Source: Eledone cirrhosa (taxonomy: Eukaryota). Taken from it: 64,000 nt of DNA. The stretch is taken from contig OZ024742.1 of NCBI GenBank assembly GCA_964016885.1, forward strand, positions 322,648,001 to 322,712,000, written 5' to 3'. Each line of letters begins with the position of its first letter. Position 1 is the stretch's first letter. The position numbers and the translations under genes were made by a program. The notes beneath the pieces were generated by a model. It saw nothing but the letters and a program-made list of their open reading frames with translations. It had not been told where the DNA came from and searched no databases. This document shows, piece after piece, positions 1 to 13,199 of the stretch.

Positions 1-539
1 CAGTTAAGTTCTGGTTTGTGTTAAATATAAATAGCCATTGCCAGTGGGCTCTCTTTGTAGGTGGAAAAATAAGGATACTTGTCTGTTCATCAGAAGACAA
101 CAATCTAGGAAATATCTAAAGACAATCCCTATCTTTGTCTGTGTACAACAGAAATTCAGTCTACAATAAATTTATCTTACATTGTTTAATATATACTATG
201 TTGAGAATACATATTTCCTATTTAGATAAGTTTATTTTAACTTCAAATTTTCTTGGATGCACCCTGCATATTCTGTAAAGTGGTTGGTGTTAAGATGGAC
301 ACCTAGCCATAGAAATTATGCCAAGCAAAAAATCTTGAGGATAGTAGCTTAGATTATAAAAAGTACTTTTTTAAATATATTTATTTATTCATTTTATAAT
401 AGATGTGAAGGTGAGGTTTGTTTTTCAGAAACAATTGTCACTAATAAAATAATTTAATTTTATCTTTGCTATTTGTTGTATTATTACTGTTGTGCTCAGT
501 ACCACCACATTCATACAGTGTAACATGAGGACTCATTCT

Positions 540-1330
540 TGTCCAACTTTATGGAATATACCACTGATAAGAAGATTCTTAAAATTACTGAGTGAGGATA
601 TGGGTTTGATGCTGAGTGCTGCATCGCTGGAATGAAAATCAGTGATGCGAAAAGTAAGACACGTGTCTTCTCAAGGGAGCTTGCGCAGTGCACTCTACAT
701 GTGAATGGAGTTCCTCTGAATCAGGTGGAAAAGTTCAAGTTTCTTGGGGCTTTGTTCATGAGTGATACAAGGTAGGAGGCTGAATTAAGTGCAAGAATTG
801 CAGGAGCTGGTGCACTAATGCGCCAGCTTCAACATTCGGTAATTAGAAGAAGAGAGGTAGGTGTTAAAGCCAAACTCGCTATCTTCAATTCGGTATTCGT
901 ACCAATCCTTACCTATGGTCATAAATCTTGGGTAATGATCGAAAGAATACGATCGCGAATACAAGCAGCTGAAATGGGGTTGCTCCGAAGGGGTTTTTGA
1001 GTAATGTTACTGGATAGAGTATGTAGCCTGAAGATCTGAGAGTCACTCCAGGTAGAGCCGCTACTTCTCCAAATTGAGAGATCACTGCTCCAATACTATG
1101 GGCATGTGGTTAGAATGTCTCGGGAAAGAATCGCTGGACAGATTTTATGGGCAAAACCAACCAGCAGGAGACCCAGGGGTAGACTCCTAGCAAGATGGTT
1201 GGGAGACATCAATGAGCACAGCTGATCTTGCTTGGAGATCCTGCTGGATCAATTGGAGACGGTTGCTTCTAACAGGACCCGCTGGAAGGAGTGTTTGAGG
1301 ACTTTGATCCCAAGAATGTGGGTAAAGAAG
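540..1330 (+). mobile_element. RTE-clade (Expander/Rex3-like) LINE 3' fragment, decayed
   Basis: KAKLAIFNSVFVPILTYGHKSWVM..RIRSRIQAAEM peptide with stops; paralogous to 18545-19400. Confidence 0.85.
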
Positions 1331-3729
1331 TTATACATAGAGGTCAAATATATGTCAAATATATAAGTTGCTTTTAGCAAGAGTATTTGGCCAAAGAAAT
1401 GCTGCCAAAAAACCTTGTTTAACCCATGCTAACATGGCAAAGCAGGCATAATCAATGTTGTCCAAGCCAGTTTGGCAAAACAGACAAAATCAATGATGAT
1501 GATGATTGACATAGTAAAAAAAATACTTCATATATTTATTGCTTACCATTCTACTGATAGCTAACATAGCCAGGTGTTCCATTATTTTGTGTTAAGGTGT
1601 TTACTGGATGTTAATAGAATTCTTTGCTTAGTATCATTGAGCTGTGTTTTGATATCTTACTACTACTAGTAATAATAATAATAGGTCATCATCTCCACTC
1701 TTTCTCTAGTTCTTCTACTTTGAGAGAGAAAACAACCCGTTTTCAATCTTAGACAGAACTATCCATGCTGACACATGCATACGCACATAGATACAGTAAA
1801 CATACATGTACATATCACACTCCATCATTTCTTTCCTGATCTCTTAAAAGACATCTATACCAAAATTGTGCGAATGGAGTGTACACACACAATCATTTTT
1901 TTATTGTTTGGTACATTAATAATCTTGAAAGCATTTGGAAATAATCTGTTTAGGAGAAAAAATTGACAAGTCCTGACATCTTTTTCCGGAAACTACTTCT
2001 AAAAATTGTTGTTTTCAAAACACTCTGACAAAATTGCATTTCATTTTTGATGTGACATGTATTTTATGTATAATGCATATATAGTATATGTGCATATCCA
2101 TATATAACGATATAACCATTTTATATACATTTTATGGTGTACATAGGATTTTTTTTTTTTTTCGTGTACAAATTGTTGTATGAATGTACAATTTTGTCAC
2201 TTGTCTGTGAGTTGTGTATGGTTTGCATTATTTATATATATATAAAATAAAGTACCAGTAATGAACTGGGTAATTGCTGGCCTTGTGCCTAAAGTAGAAA
2301 CAATTATTTATATATATATATATATTCTAAACTCAAGGTGCTAATTTCTATGCATTCTACCATCTTTTCCTTCAAACATACACATATACACTTTTTATAT
2401 TACTGGAAACATGCAAGTACCATTTTGGTTATGTTGCATATACACTCATACACACATACACACATATACATTATACAAATAATGTATCTGTTTCATATAC
2501 AAATCTGTGCACCTTTCAAATCTTTTATCTCCTGTGACATATATCAATTCTGACAGTGTACTTGATAATTGTGCATTTCTCACTTTGAATATGCAATGTT
2601 GCTGTATCTTTTGTACATTTGGTTCTTAGATGTTTAACTATTTTTTAAAACCTTTTTATTACCATATTTCTAATGAATGACTCTGCTTCCAATTTTAAAT
2701 TAATTTTGAAAATAATCAAGAATTTCAAAGGATTTAATAATAAGACTCTTCAGTCACATCAGCAACATGTCAACCTCTCTAGTGTGGGTGCCATGATTAA
2801 ATGCACCAGTACACTCTGTAAAGTGGTTGATGTTAGGAAGGACATCCAGCTGTAGAAACCATTCCAGACAGTTCTGAGAGGACCTTTCAGTTACATCAGA
2901 CACAGCATCAATTTTAGAGCTAGTGGCAGAATAAAATTCACCCAGCTATAGAAAGCATAGTAAATAAAACATTGAGATGACCCTTCAGTCACTTTATGGA
3001 CAAGACAGCCTCTCTAGTGCTGGTGCTACAATAAAATGCATGCAGTACACTTTGTATGAAGGGCATCCAGCCATGGAAATCTTGCCAAAATGCAATGTAT
3101 GTACAAGATAAGGCCATCTGACCTATCTAATCTCTGACCATGAAAACTTGTCTAACCAACACTAGATGTGAAATGATGATGATGATGTCTGTGTGTGTTT
3201 CTGTCTGTATATATAATGGGTGTGTCATATACAAACTTATGCTTGTAATATATTTTATTTGGATCGCTGGTGTAGGCGGTGGGGTGTTTTTCATATTTCA
3301 CAGCTAACCTATTTCTCAGTGTGCTATATGTGGGGTGGTATGTTGTAGGTGTTGCATGTGTGTGCGTATACATACATATCTACATACATTCACACGTACA
3401 TAAATACACACGCACGTACAGTATCTACAACTTAGAGATCTTTTATAATTTCTCTTCCTTCTCCCCATTGCTGTTGCTACTCATAAGTGGATTCCTTTGA
3501 CAATTTTGACTTGTCTCGCACACACACACACACACACACACAAAAACATATTCACACACATATGTACATACACAATCACAAAAACATACATTTACACACA
3601 TACGCACACATACATGTACCTATTTACACACATGCATACATACATACATCCTTGTCCAACTCATGGCAGCATGAAAAAACAAATGTAAAATGGTACTGAT
3701 GATTTTATGTGTGTATACATATATGCATG

Positions 3730-4055
3730 CAAGGTCCCGTAACTTCTGAGGGAGTTATAGGGGGCGCCGTATTGAAAAACAGCGTTTCTAGGGCACTTTT
3801 AAACCTGGCAGAGCCTATCCCTCTCCAGGTCGGAATACAGCAGATTTTTTCCAAAGAAGGTTACAGAATGAGAGAATGGAAGTGAGAAAGAGATATAGAG
3901 GAAGGATTGACCCCAGTACTTAACTAGTACTTTTTTTTTTGACCTTGAAAGAATGAAAAGCAAGGTTGACTTCGGCAGGATTTGAACTCGGTGTGCTGAA
4001 ATGAATACTGTGACGCATTCTATCTGACGTTCTAATGACTGCCAATTCATCGCCA
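3730..4055 (-). mobile_element. tRNA-like SINE with long 3' region
   Basis: Reverse complement of the GAGTTCAAATCCTGCCGAAGTCAACCTTGC core; 3' part matches 49610-49915. Confidence 0.7.
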
Positions 4056-4328
4056 CATGCATATATACACATACATAATAATGATATATGCTTACATACA
4101 TACATAATGATATATGCATACATACACACATACATAATGCTCTGACATAATACCACACCCCCAGTGCTGCTCCCTGTGTTTTTTTCCTGTTTTAATTTCA
4201 CTTAATAAGATTGCCAAACTTCTTCATTTTTATCTAAAATATATTCAGATGTTTATCTGAAACATCACTTGGTTGTGTGTAATATAACCGGAGAGGGAGA
4301 GAGTGTATGTATACTCCCCCCCCCCCCC

Positions 4329-4448
<120 letters not shown>

Positions 4449-4849
4449 CAGACACACACACACACTCACATGTATATTTGTGTAAAATTGTGTGTAAGTT
4501 CAGTTTCTCCTCTTATTTTTATGTAACAATCTTTTGTTCTTCCTCTTCTGCTTTACTTGACTTTCTGCTTTCCCTTTCATTTATCATTTTCCTTCTCTTC
4601 CTTTTCCTCAGACATTGTGCTGTTATATCGAACGCTCTCTCTTAGTATGGTTATATATTTCTGCCCCCCCCCCCTCTCTCTCTCTCAATATTTTATTCCA
4701 CAGTTGTCATTTAAACAATTTATTATACATGAAATATTATTTTATTAAAAAAACAAACAATATGTAAATGTTGTTTAGGCGAGATTGATGCTGTCAATGT
4801 TGTGATGGTCATGGTGTGTTGGTGGTGGTCGTAGTGTGTTGAACTATTG

Positions 4850-5440
4850 CAAGTTAACTCTTGCATGAAAGACATGTACAGAGGAAAAATTCCAATTGGA
4901 TTATGTTCTGGGTAGGAAAGACTGTGTATAGTAGTTAGTGAAAGGTTTGAGGAGTTGGACACAATAGGGTTAATTTGAGGAGGAGGAATAGAGGCAAGTG
5001 AGGCCAGAGAGGTTGAATAGTGGTCAGTCAGCTTCACAGAACAAATGCCATTGTAACAGTAGTAGAAATGTGTAACAGAAGCTGGACATGTCTGTCTGAA
5101 TTTAGTCCAATCAGATGAGTGGCCTTTTTTCTGGATGCATTCTAGGGTGTTTGTATGTGTGGCAGCAGCACCATCCCAGATCTAGGGACAGTACCCCATT
5201 GTAGGTATTACCTGAACACTGTAGAGGGTCAGAAATTGTTGGGTGTGCTGAAGTAATTTCTGACTCTAAAGAGAAGGGCCAGTCGTTTTGATTGCGTTCT
5301 AGCTATGTTTAAGATGTGTATTTGCCATGAGATCCTTAGCAAGAGTGAGGCCTAGCATTTGGAGTGGATGTGAGGGAGATCTTTTAATTACAAGTTGTTT
5401 ATGTTTGAGTGGTGAGGTGCAGTGATGTTTTAGTTCCATA
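4850..5440 (-). mobile_element. Decayed CR1/Jockey-group LINE ORF2 C-terminal fragment
   Basis: Minus-strand translation ILNIARTQSKRLALLFRVRNYF..FLTLYSVQVIPTMGYCP*IWDGAA..LECIQKK resembles the post-RT region of these LINEs; ends approximate. Confidence 0.65.
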
Positions 5441-5853
5441 CTCATACAATCAACAAACTAAATGAACAATAACAGTAAAAATGAATTAGGTCTTTTCGCT
5501 GTTTTGGTTTCAGTCATTTGGCTGGTCAGTGATCATACAGGGGCAATGTCTTAAAGCATTTTGGCAATCATATCCATGCCAGCACTTATCAATCTCCATT
5601 TGACAATCTACTACATTGTAAGACAAGAGCAAGAACAAAGAGGCACACTGAATATGAGCATGTTTCAAATAATATATTTATGCAGCGTTAGAATTATTAT
5701 TTTCCAAGATATTATCTAGGGACTCAGTCATCTCTTTACCCAATGAACATTGGGTTCTACTGCTAAGATATGTGTATGTTAAAAACAGGATTAATGTTTA
5801 CATTGGCATCTTATGTAGCTCTTTTCCTTTCAAGGACACTGTTCTCTCATCAC

Positions 5854-5897
<44 letters not shown>

Positions 5898-5901
5898 ATA
5901 T

Positions 5902-6150
5902 CAGGCTGTAGGTTGAGGAAAAGGAGGAGGAGAGGAAAGGAGTACAAGCTCTTCGTACTCCTGGAGATGAGGGTTGCACAATTTTTTTCGGGGGTATGTG
6001 TTACCCATATAAACTGTCTCCCTCTATTGGGGAAAATCGACTAACTTTTTAAATTCCATTTGTGATAACATTTTACACGTTTTTATTGTATGTAAACTTC
6101 CCCCTTTGTATTTGTCCCCTTCTTTTGTGCCCCTGTGGCTAATAAAGAAA
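5902..6150 (+). mobile_element. Tx1-clade LINE 3' UTR fragment inside a (TATC)n tract
   Basis: Colinear with 10241-10497 (gggttgcaca..ttttcgggggt..ctctattg..gcccctgtggctaataaagaaa). Confidence 0.8.
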
Positions 6151-6184
6151 TATATCTATCTATCTATCTATATATATATATATT

Positions 6185-6804
6185 TCCAAAACACCCGTAC
6201 CGCAAACACAACCCGAAAATATACCCCTCCCCTCCAACGCGGAAGATGACCCTAGTTCGTCGTCAGACGAGGAGGAGCACTTCCACACAATCAAAAGAAA
6301 AAAAAGAAAACACACCTCAGACACACAAATGAAAAAAAAACCTCCCCAAAACATAACACTGACACCAACACAAAAGAGCTCACAACAACAGCAAACAAAA
6401 AACACCACACAAAAACAAAAACATGCATACACATACATAAATACAAGAAACAAAAAACTGTTAAACATTGTGTACAACAACAATCTAATAAAAACACAAG
6501 GGCCTAACTTCACCCAGGCAGGGGATTTCCCCCACCTCAAAATGATTAAGGCCCCACAGGACACCTATAAAACTTTAAAAAACAACTTTAAAGAGGACGT
6601 GGGACCCTCTGCGTCGGGCCCATTAACCGCGTCCTCCTAAAAAACTATCCCACCCCCTCCCCAAACACCCACACAACTCCAAGCTCCCCAACCACACAAC
6701 ACACTGATGCCCCCACACTTCCACAAACCACCACCCCACCCAACAACCCATCCCCCACCCTAATGGAAATTGTGCAGCCCGATACCCGGGACGCAGAGAG
6801 GTAA
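6185..6804 (+). pseudogene. Low-complexity C-terminal part of Tx1 ORF1, one frameshift near 6630
   Basis: Acidic/basic then P/T-rich reading frame ending MEIVQPDTRDAER* just before ORF2. Confidence 0.55.
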
Positions 6805-6828
6805 GTGCCTTTTCTCTTCACCACCAAC

Positions 6829-9800
6829 ATGGCCATGCTAAGAGTAGGCTGTTTAAATGCGCGTGGCCTGGGCTCAACTTGGAAGCAAGCAATGCTTCTA
6901 AATGACCTCAGGTCACAACGTATAGATGTGATGGTTATTTGCGACGCCCGGATCAGCAACATGCGACAGCTGGCCCCCACCTTTGATGACTTTGAGATGC
7001 ACGCATCTCTCTGTCAGCCCGGAGGTGGGGGTGGAGTTGTCATTCTGCTGCAAAAACATCTGGGTCTCGCAACACAGATGGTACATTTGGACCCGGAGGG
7101 TCGACTAGTGGTTCTGGACCTTGGCAGTGGTAAAGGCGGAGCGTTTAGGTTGGTAGCCGCCTACGGCCCTTTCGGGTCAATGCGGCCGGACTTCTTCCAT
7201 CGTCTGGAGACTTTTCTAGGGACGTCCCGCTCCTTGCTATTAGTGGGGGACTGGAATGGTATCCTAGATGCACGCTGGGACTACGTAGGGGCCTGCCCCG
7301 ATAGAGAGGGGTGTAATAGCCTCAAAGAGTTAATCGGTCGATTTGACCTGGCCGATAGATATCGACTAGATTTTCCGACTGCGCCAACCTGGACTTGGGC
7401 AAATCGTAGCGGATCATCTAGGTCGTACCTAGATAGGTTCTTAGTTAGAATTAAGGATAAGGACTTTTTAAGTTGTCCAAAAATGCGCATGGTTGGCTAT
7501 TCAGACCACAAATTAGTGACCTGCATGGTCAACCTTGACAGAACTCATAGACAGGGCCCCGGTTACTGGAAGCTCAACTTGTCCTTGCCGGCAAGTAGAG
7601 CCTACAGGAATCGGATTAGTACGTTAGTTAAGGAACGGTTGACTGGAGCGATCGTCAACAGCAGGTGGTGGGTATCTCTAAAGAGAGAGATTAGAGTAGT
7701 CTCGATAGAATTTAGTAAGGTTCTAGCTGCGGATAGGAATAGGAAGGAAAGGGAGCTAATAGATAGAGTAGAAGAGGCAATTAGAAGCGGCGACGTGGCC
7801 AGAGTGCTAGCGTCGAGAACGGCTTTGAGCCAGTTTTTCGACGCGAAGCACGAAGGCTGCGTTGTCCGAAGTAAAATACGTGCTCTAGGGAACGAGGGGA
7901 CCAAAGCTGTTAGCTGGGCCCGCGTGACAGAGGCCAACAGTGGAACTAAATCCACCATCCGGTCTTTGCGAGACCTGGATGGACGGGCGATTCATAAGCC
8001 TAAGCAGATGTGTGAGGCCTTTCAAAGGCACTTTGCCCGACTGTTCGGGAGGGGTGGGGAGCCGGTTGGGAACGTGGACTTCGGTCCATACCTCGACGGC
8101 CTGCCGCGCCTCTCGGACAGGGAGGCGAAGTCCTGCGAGGAGCCGAAGTCCTGCGAGGAGCCGATTTCGGCCGCTGAGATAGAGGACGTGCTGAGCCAAT
8201 GCGGCAAACGCAAATCCCCGGGTCTCGATGGTCTTCCTTACGAATTATATCTAGCTATGCCGGACTTGTTCCCCGATCTCCTCGAGGCGGTCTACTGCAA
8301 CTGGCAACAGAACGGGAGAATTCCCTGTACTGTGACCAAGAGCGTAGTCACGCTAGTGAGGAAGGACGAGAACAAGGGGGACGAAATAAGTAACTTCAGG
8401 CCCATAACACTGCTAAATACAGAGTTACAGATTTTGGCCAAGGTGCTAGCAAAGAGGTTGGCGCTTGTCGTGGGCAACCTGGTGGGAGATGCGCAGACAT
8501 GCGCTATCCCGTCCAGGTCCATCCATGACAACCTCCACCTCATGCGATACATCATAGAGAGGGTTGGGAACGAACCCGGCTTTGGTGGGGCTCTGATCAA
8601 CTTGGATCAATCTAAGGCGTTCGATAGGGTCGACCATGGTTACCTGGATGCGGTGCTAGCGGCGGCAGGCTTCGGACCCGTTTTCAGGGGCTGGATCACT
8701 GCTATGCACAGCAGCCGCATCTGCTCTAGGGTCAAGGTGAACGGCTACCTCTCGGAGCCGTTCAAAATCGCGCGGTCCATCCGACAAGGGTGCCCTCTCT
8801 CCTCCCTTCTGTATGTGTTGACTCTCGAGCCACTACTGCGGAAGTTGGAGTTGTTGCAGGGCATCCCTTTGGAACCGGGATTGCGGAAAGCGGTGTCGGC
8901 CTACGCCGATGACGTGACAGTAATGGTGTCGACGGCCTCCGAAATCGAGGCGGTCGGCACCTTACTGGAGGAGTACGAAAAGTTCACAGGGGCTAAGCTG
9001 AACCGGGACAAGTCGATCGGTTTGCAACTCGGCACGTGGAGGGGCAGACCGATGCCCTCCGATGGCGTCGTCGGACGCTGGACGGAGGGCCCTGTGAAGT
9101 TGCTCGGGGTCTGGTTACGAACAGGGTGTTTGCACTGACCCAGAAGTGGGCCAGTTGCAAACTATCCCTGAAAGGTCGGGCGGAGGTGGCGAACACCTAC
9201 ATAGCGTCCGTCATCTACTACCGCCTGACCGTAGTGCCCTGCCCAAGGGAAACCCTCACCAAGATGGAGCGCGTGCTCTTCCAATTCCTTTGGAAGAGGC
9301 GGGCTCCTATGGTGAGGAGATCCATCTGCTGTCAACACCCTTCGAAAGGAGGGCTGGGGATGCCGTGGCTAATGATGCGTAAACACGCATTAAGGCTACG
9401 GCACCTCTACGTATTCCTCACCGGACAACCGGTGTGGGCCTCGTTTGTGAGACGAACCTTTCCCAGACTCGTCTCACTCACCGAGCTGCAATCCTGGGTC
9501 AAGCAAAGACCGAGAAAACTGGGCGCCTGGCACACTGAGTGTGCCCAGGCGCTCACCGCCCTCTGGCAGGCGGATCCGGTTATCAGTGGAGACTCCACCG
9601 CAACATTCTATAGAGGGCTGGTACGCAGCAGGTGCGACGACGCCCTCGGAGAAGCCCTAGACATGGAGGAGGACGAACTGGCCAGCCTGTTCGGTAGGAC
9701 ATTCAGCCCGGGACCTATGGACAACTTCCAGAAGTCCCTGGCTTGGCAGTGCTACCGAGGAGCTTTACCCGTTCGAGAAAGGCTCTACAGACACGGGCGC

Positions 9801-10244
9801 CTGGGTAGGGACCCCGCCAAAAAGATCTGTCCCAGATGCGTGTGCGACGAGGAAACCGTTGCACACGCATTGGTACACTGCTCGGGCGTAGCCGATCTGT
9901 GGGGCTATGTCGAACAACTGCTGTCAAGGGTGGGACCGATCCGGTTGACCACCGAGTCTATTGTAATGATCAAGCCGCCTCCCCCCTTCAAAGATGAAGC
10001 AGAGGCGGTGTTTCTGTGCGTAATAGCCATGGCGAAAGAGGTTGTATGGTGGACGCGTCTGAAAGGACTGAGGTCAGGCACCTTTCTCTCTGGCCAACAA
10101 CTGGTCCGTTTCTTCCGATATCATTTCGGAAGAAGGATCAGGATGGAGAGAGAGGTGCTGCACTCCAGCCGTTTTTATGAAAGATGGGTGAAAGTGGCGA
10201 GAATGGCCCGTGTGAATGGGCCTTCTCTTTACATGAGCCTGTAG
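6829..10244 (+). pseudogene. Tx1 ORF2 (APE endonuclease - reverse transcriptase - CCHC finger), frameshifted near 9115
   Basis: LNARGL, GDWN, SYLDRF, SDH (APE); KSPGLDG, RPITLLN, DQSKAFDRV, RQGCPLS, YADD (RT); CPRC..EETVAHALVHC; split into ORFs 6805-9138 and 9036-10244. Confidence 0.93.
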
Positions 10245-10750
10245 GTGGAAAAGAGGAAGGAACGAGGGAGCACCCCCTCTCTGTGCTCCTGAGGAAAAGG
10301 GTTGCACACTTTTTTCGGGGGTGTGTGCGACCCCCCAAGGCGCCTCCTCTCTATTGAGGATTTTGTTATAATTCTATTTTTGTTATATTTTATTTTATTT
10401 TTATATATTGTTATTGCCTCCTCCCTATTGAGGACGCGTTGTTTTGTAAACTCCCCCCGTCCCACTTTTGATGCCCTTGTGGCAAATAAAAGAAACATAT
10501 ATATATCATCATCATCATCATTTTACGTCCGCTTTTCCCTGCTTGCAAGGGTGGGTAATAATAATAATAAATGTGAAGACTAAAATCCGAAGGGCTTGAT
10601 AAGGATAATATATATATAAAATTATATAAAACCATAGTTTCAGAAGATCCTGTTAAGGGATTCTTTGCTTAAACTTTAATCTGTTATTTTAATAAATAAA
10701 TATATATATATATATATATAAGATCAAAAGATGGTTAAAAGAGTTCCATG

Positions 10751-10821
10751 TATTTTATTATGCGCATTTCAAAAACAAATATCATCATGGGATGATATTT
10801 GCGTTCTCATCAGATAAAATA
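10751..10821 (-). ncRNA. Minimal type I hammerhead ribozyme, apparently intact
   Basis: Minus strand: TATTTTAT-CTGATGA-GAACGCAAATATCATC(CCAT)GATGATATTTGTTTTT-GAAA-TGCGCA-TA-ATAAAATA; 8 bp stem I, 11 bp perfect core of stem II, palindromic stem III, AUA triplet. Confidence 0.85.
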
Positions 10822-10941
10822 GGGAGACATGATATGAAACTTAAAAAACACTTGCGAGCAGTGAAGTGTTAAATAAACATATGTTGATTTAACACTTCAC
10901 TGTTCGCAAGTGTTTTTTAAGCTTCATATCATGTCTCCCTA
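10820..10941. repeat. Palindrome with 61 bp arms (about 3 mismatches) abutting the hammerhead
   Basis: tagggagacatgatatg...cat|atg...catatcatgtctcccta. Confidence 0.95.
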
Positions 10942-11212
10942 AAAAAAAATGTACATTATTCGAATCCTGTCACTGGGTTGTACTGGACTGTTTCCATAAC
11001 TGATATCAATCAAAATAAGGGAATCTAAGCCTTTTATTACCATGTTTCTAATGAGAAACACTGCCTATGATCTCCAATTAACTTTGAAAGTAATCCAGAA
11101 ATTGGAGGGATTTACTAAAATAACTAACATTTTCATGGTTTATCTAATATTTGAAATATAACATAACAAATGTTCTTATGTTCTTATTGTAGAATTATGA
11201 TGGAAGATTCTT

Positions 11213-11336
<124 letters not shown>

Positions 11337-13199
11337 ACTTGCTTTCACTCCAATTTATTATAAATTAAAAAAAAAAAAAAAAAAAAATTTTTATTTAAAA
11401 AAAATTTATAAATTTCCAGTTGGTTGGTTCCACAACCGGAAGGTTGTTCAGTAGAACCAAGGGTAGTTTCGGGCAGTTTGGTATCAAAAGGCTTAAAGAA
11501 ACCTCATTGAATTCAAAATTCAGTGTCTTATTGTTTTTGATTCAATTCTCACTGACGTCAATTGTTGTCTTTTCTCCCTCTCACAGCTAGGATAATACAA
11601 ATGGCAGTAATACACTAGAGGCCAAGTTCAATCAAGATACACTCCTCACCTCAAAAGTGGATTTTATATAAAATCCTTGTTTGACACAGAAGTCTTGCAT
11701 GTGCCAGATTTTCTAATTAGCCATCACTTAGCAACTGTTTAGAATAATAAACATTTTTGCAGAGATAAGAGAAAAACCAGCCAACTTTTGCAATGATGCA
11801 GTTTCAGCTGTGTGGAGAATTTTAATGAAGTCTCAGAGGTTGTTAGGTCTAGACAGACTGAAGAGAGTAGATAGATATAGGTGCAGGCATGGCTGTGGGA
11901 TTGAGGAATTTGGTAGATGGAAATTGCAGAAGCCCGTCATTTGTGTGTGTGTGTGTGTGTCTGTCAGTGTCTCTATTGTGCCTGTGTTTATGCCCCATAA
12001 CGGAGGAGTTTTCAACAAAAAAGAGATTGATGAAATAATTACCAGACTTGAAAAAAAAGTACTAGGGTTGATTTAATTGACTAAATCAAGGTGGTGCCCC
12101 AGCATGGCAGCAGTCTAATGATTGAAACTAGTAAAAGAAAATAAGAATAGAAAATTTGTTTAGCATAATAGATAGTTTTTAGTAGAGATAAGAAAAAAGC
12201 CAGGATGCAATTGCAGCTGTGTAGAAAATGTAAGATTTTAATGAAGTCTCAAAGGTTGTTCAGGCAAGATAGACTGGAAATAGAAGATAAACATCTATGT
12301 ATATCAGAATACAGTAATAATCATCATCATCATAAAGGCATGTGGCTTTGTAGCTAAGGTAGTATACTCATGATCATAAGACTATGGGTTCAATTCCTAG
12401 AAAAGGCACTGTTTTAGCAAGACACTTCATTTCTCATTTTATTTCATAAGACTGAGGTTCTTATCTTTAAACACCTGAAAAACCTCCTATGAGATGCAAC
12501 TTTCTAAGAGACCAGCTAAACCTGTATAAATGTCAGCTGTAGATTTCAATTTTTTTTTTTTTTTCTCTCTAATTTTTATCATCATCTTCATCATTTTTAT
12601 GTCCATTTTTCCATACCATCTTATGTCAAACAATGCTTTTTGCAGCAGTATTCTACATACTGGTGGACGCCTTTCCTGGGACCAACCCATGTCTTATTTC
12701 CAGTATGACATATACCATATCCCATTGACATCTGTGCATGTCAGAATGACCTCATTCTCTTCTTTTTAAGTAATGACTATGGAATTCCTTGGGCCAAAAT
12801 ATCAAAACAAATATGGTAAACATGTAGAGTTATGTTCTTAGCTGTTTATTTTTTAGTGTATGGTTATAAGTTCCTGAATCATCATCATTTTAAGTTCATT
12901 TCTCTGTTTATGGAAATATTAGCAATATTCCGTGTTTCTAACTGTACAGTTTAGTGTTCCCCACTCTACTCTGTCTAGTTATTGTATTTCACTCACCCAG
13001 CTTTTACCACTATCTCTGTTTTTGTCCCTCCCCTCCTATTTTTGCACCTCTGCCCACCCAATCTTTTCTCTCCTTCTCTACCCACAAAATTTGTGTCACT
13101 TACCTCTCCATACCTACAGTTATGTAAATCCCCTCCTAAATTCATGGTATATCTCTTTCTCTTGCATAATGTGTTTGTTGTCGTCTTTCTATTTTTCAG

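Larger units (their letters stand above)
6185..10497 (+). mobile_element. 5'-truncated Tx1/L1-clade LINE: ORF1 tail, ORF2 and 3' UTR
   Basis: GC-rich block with APE endonuclease, RT and CCHC finger; ends ...gtggcaaataaaagaaac next to a TA tract. Confidence 0.93.

Noticed and set aside
10630-10670. Minus-strand hairpin plus GAAACTATGGTT resembling a hammerhead 3' half
   Set aside because: CUGANGA is not recognisable; too decayed to call.
11550-11670. Strong-looking acceptor (ctgac..ctttctccctctcacag at 11586) as a possible extra exon
   Set aside because: No frame gives ATP8A-like peptide or a phase-compatible donor before a stop; cannot be supported without RNA data.
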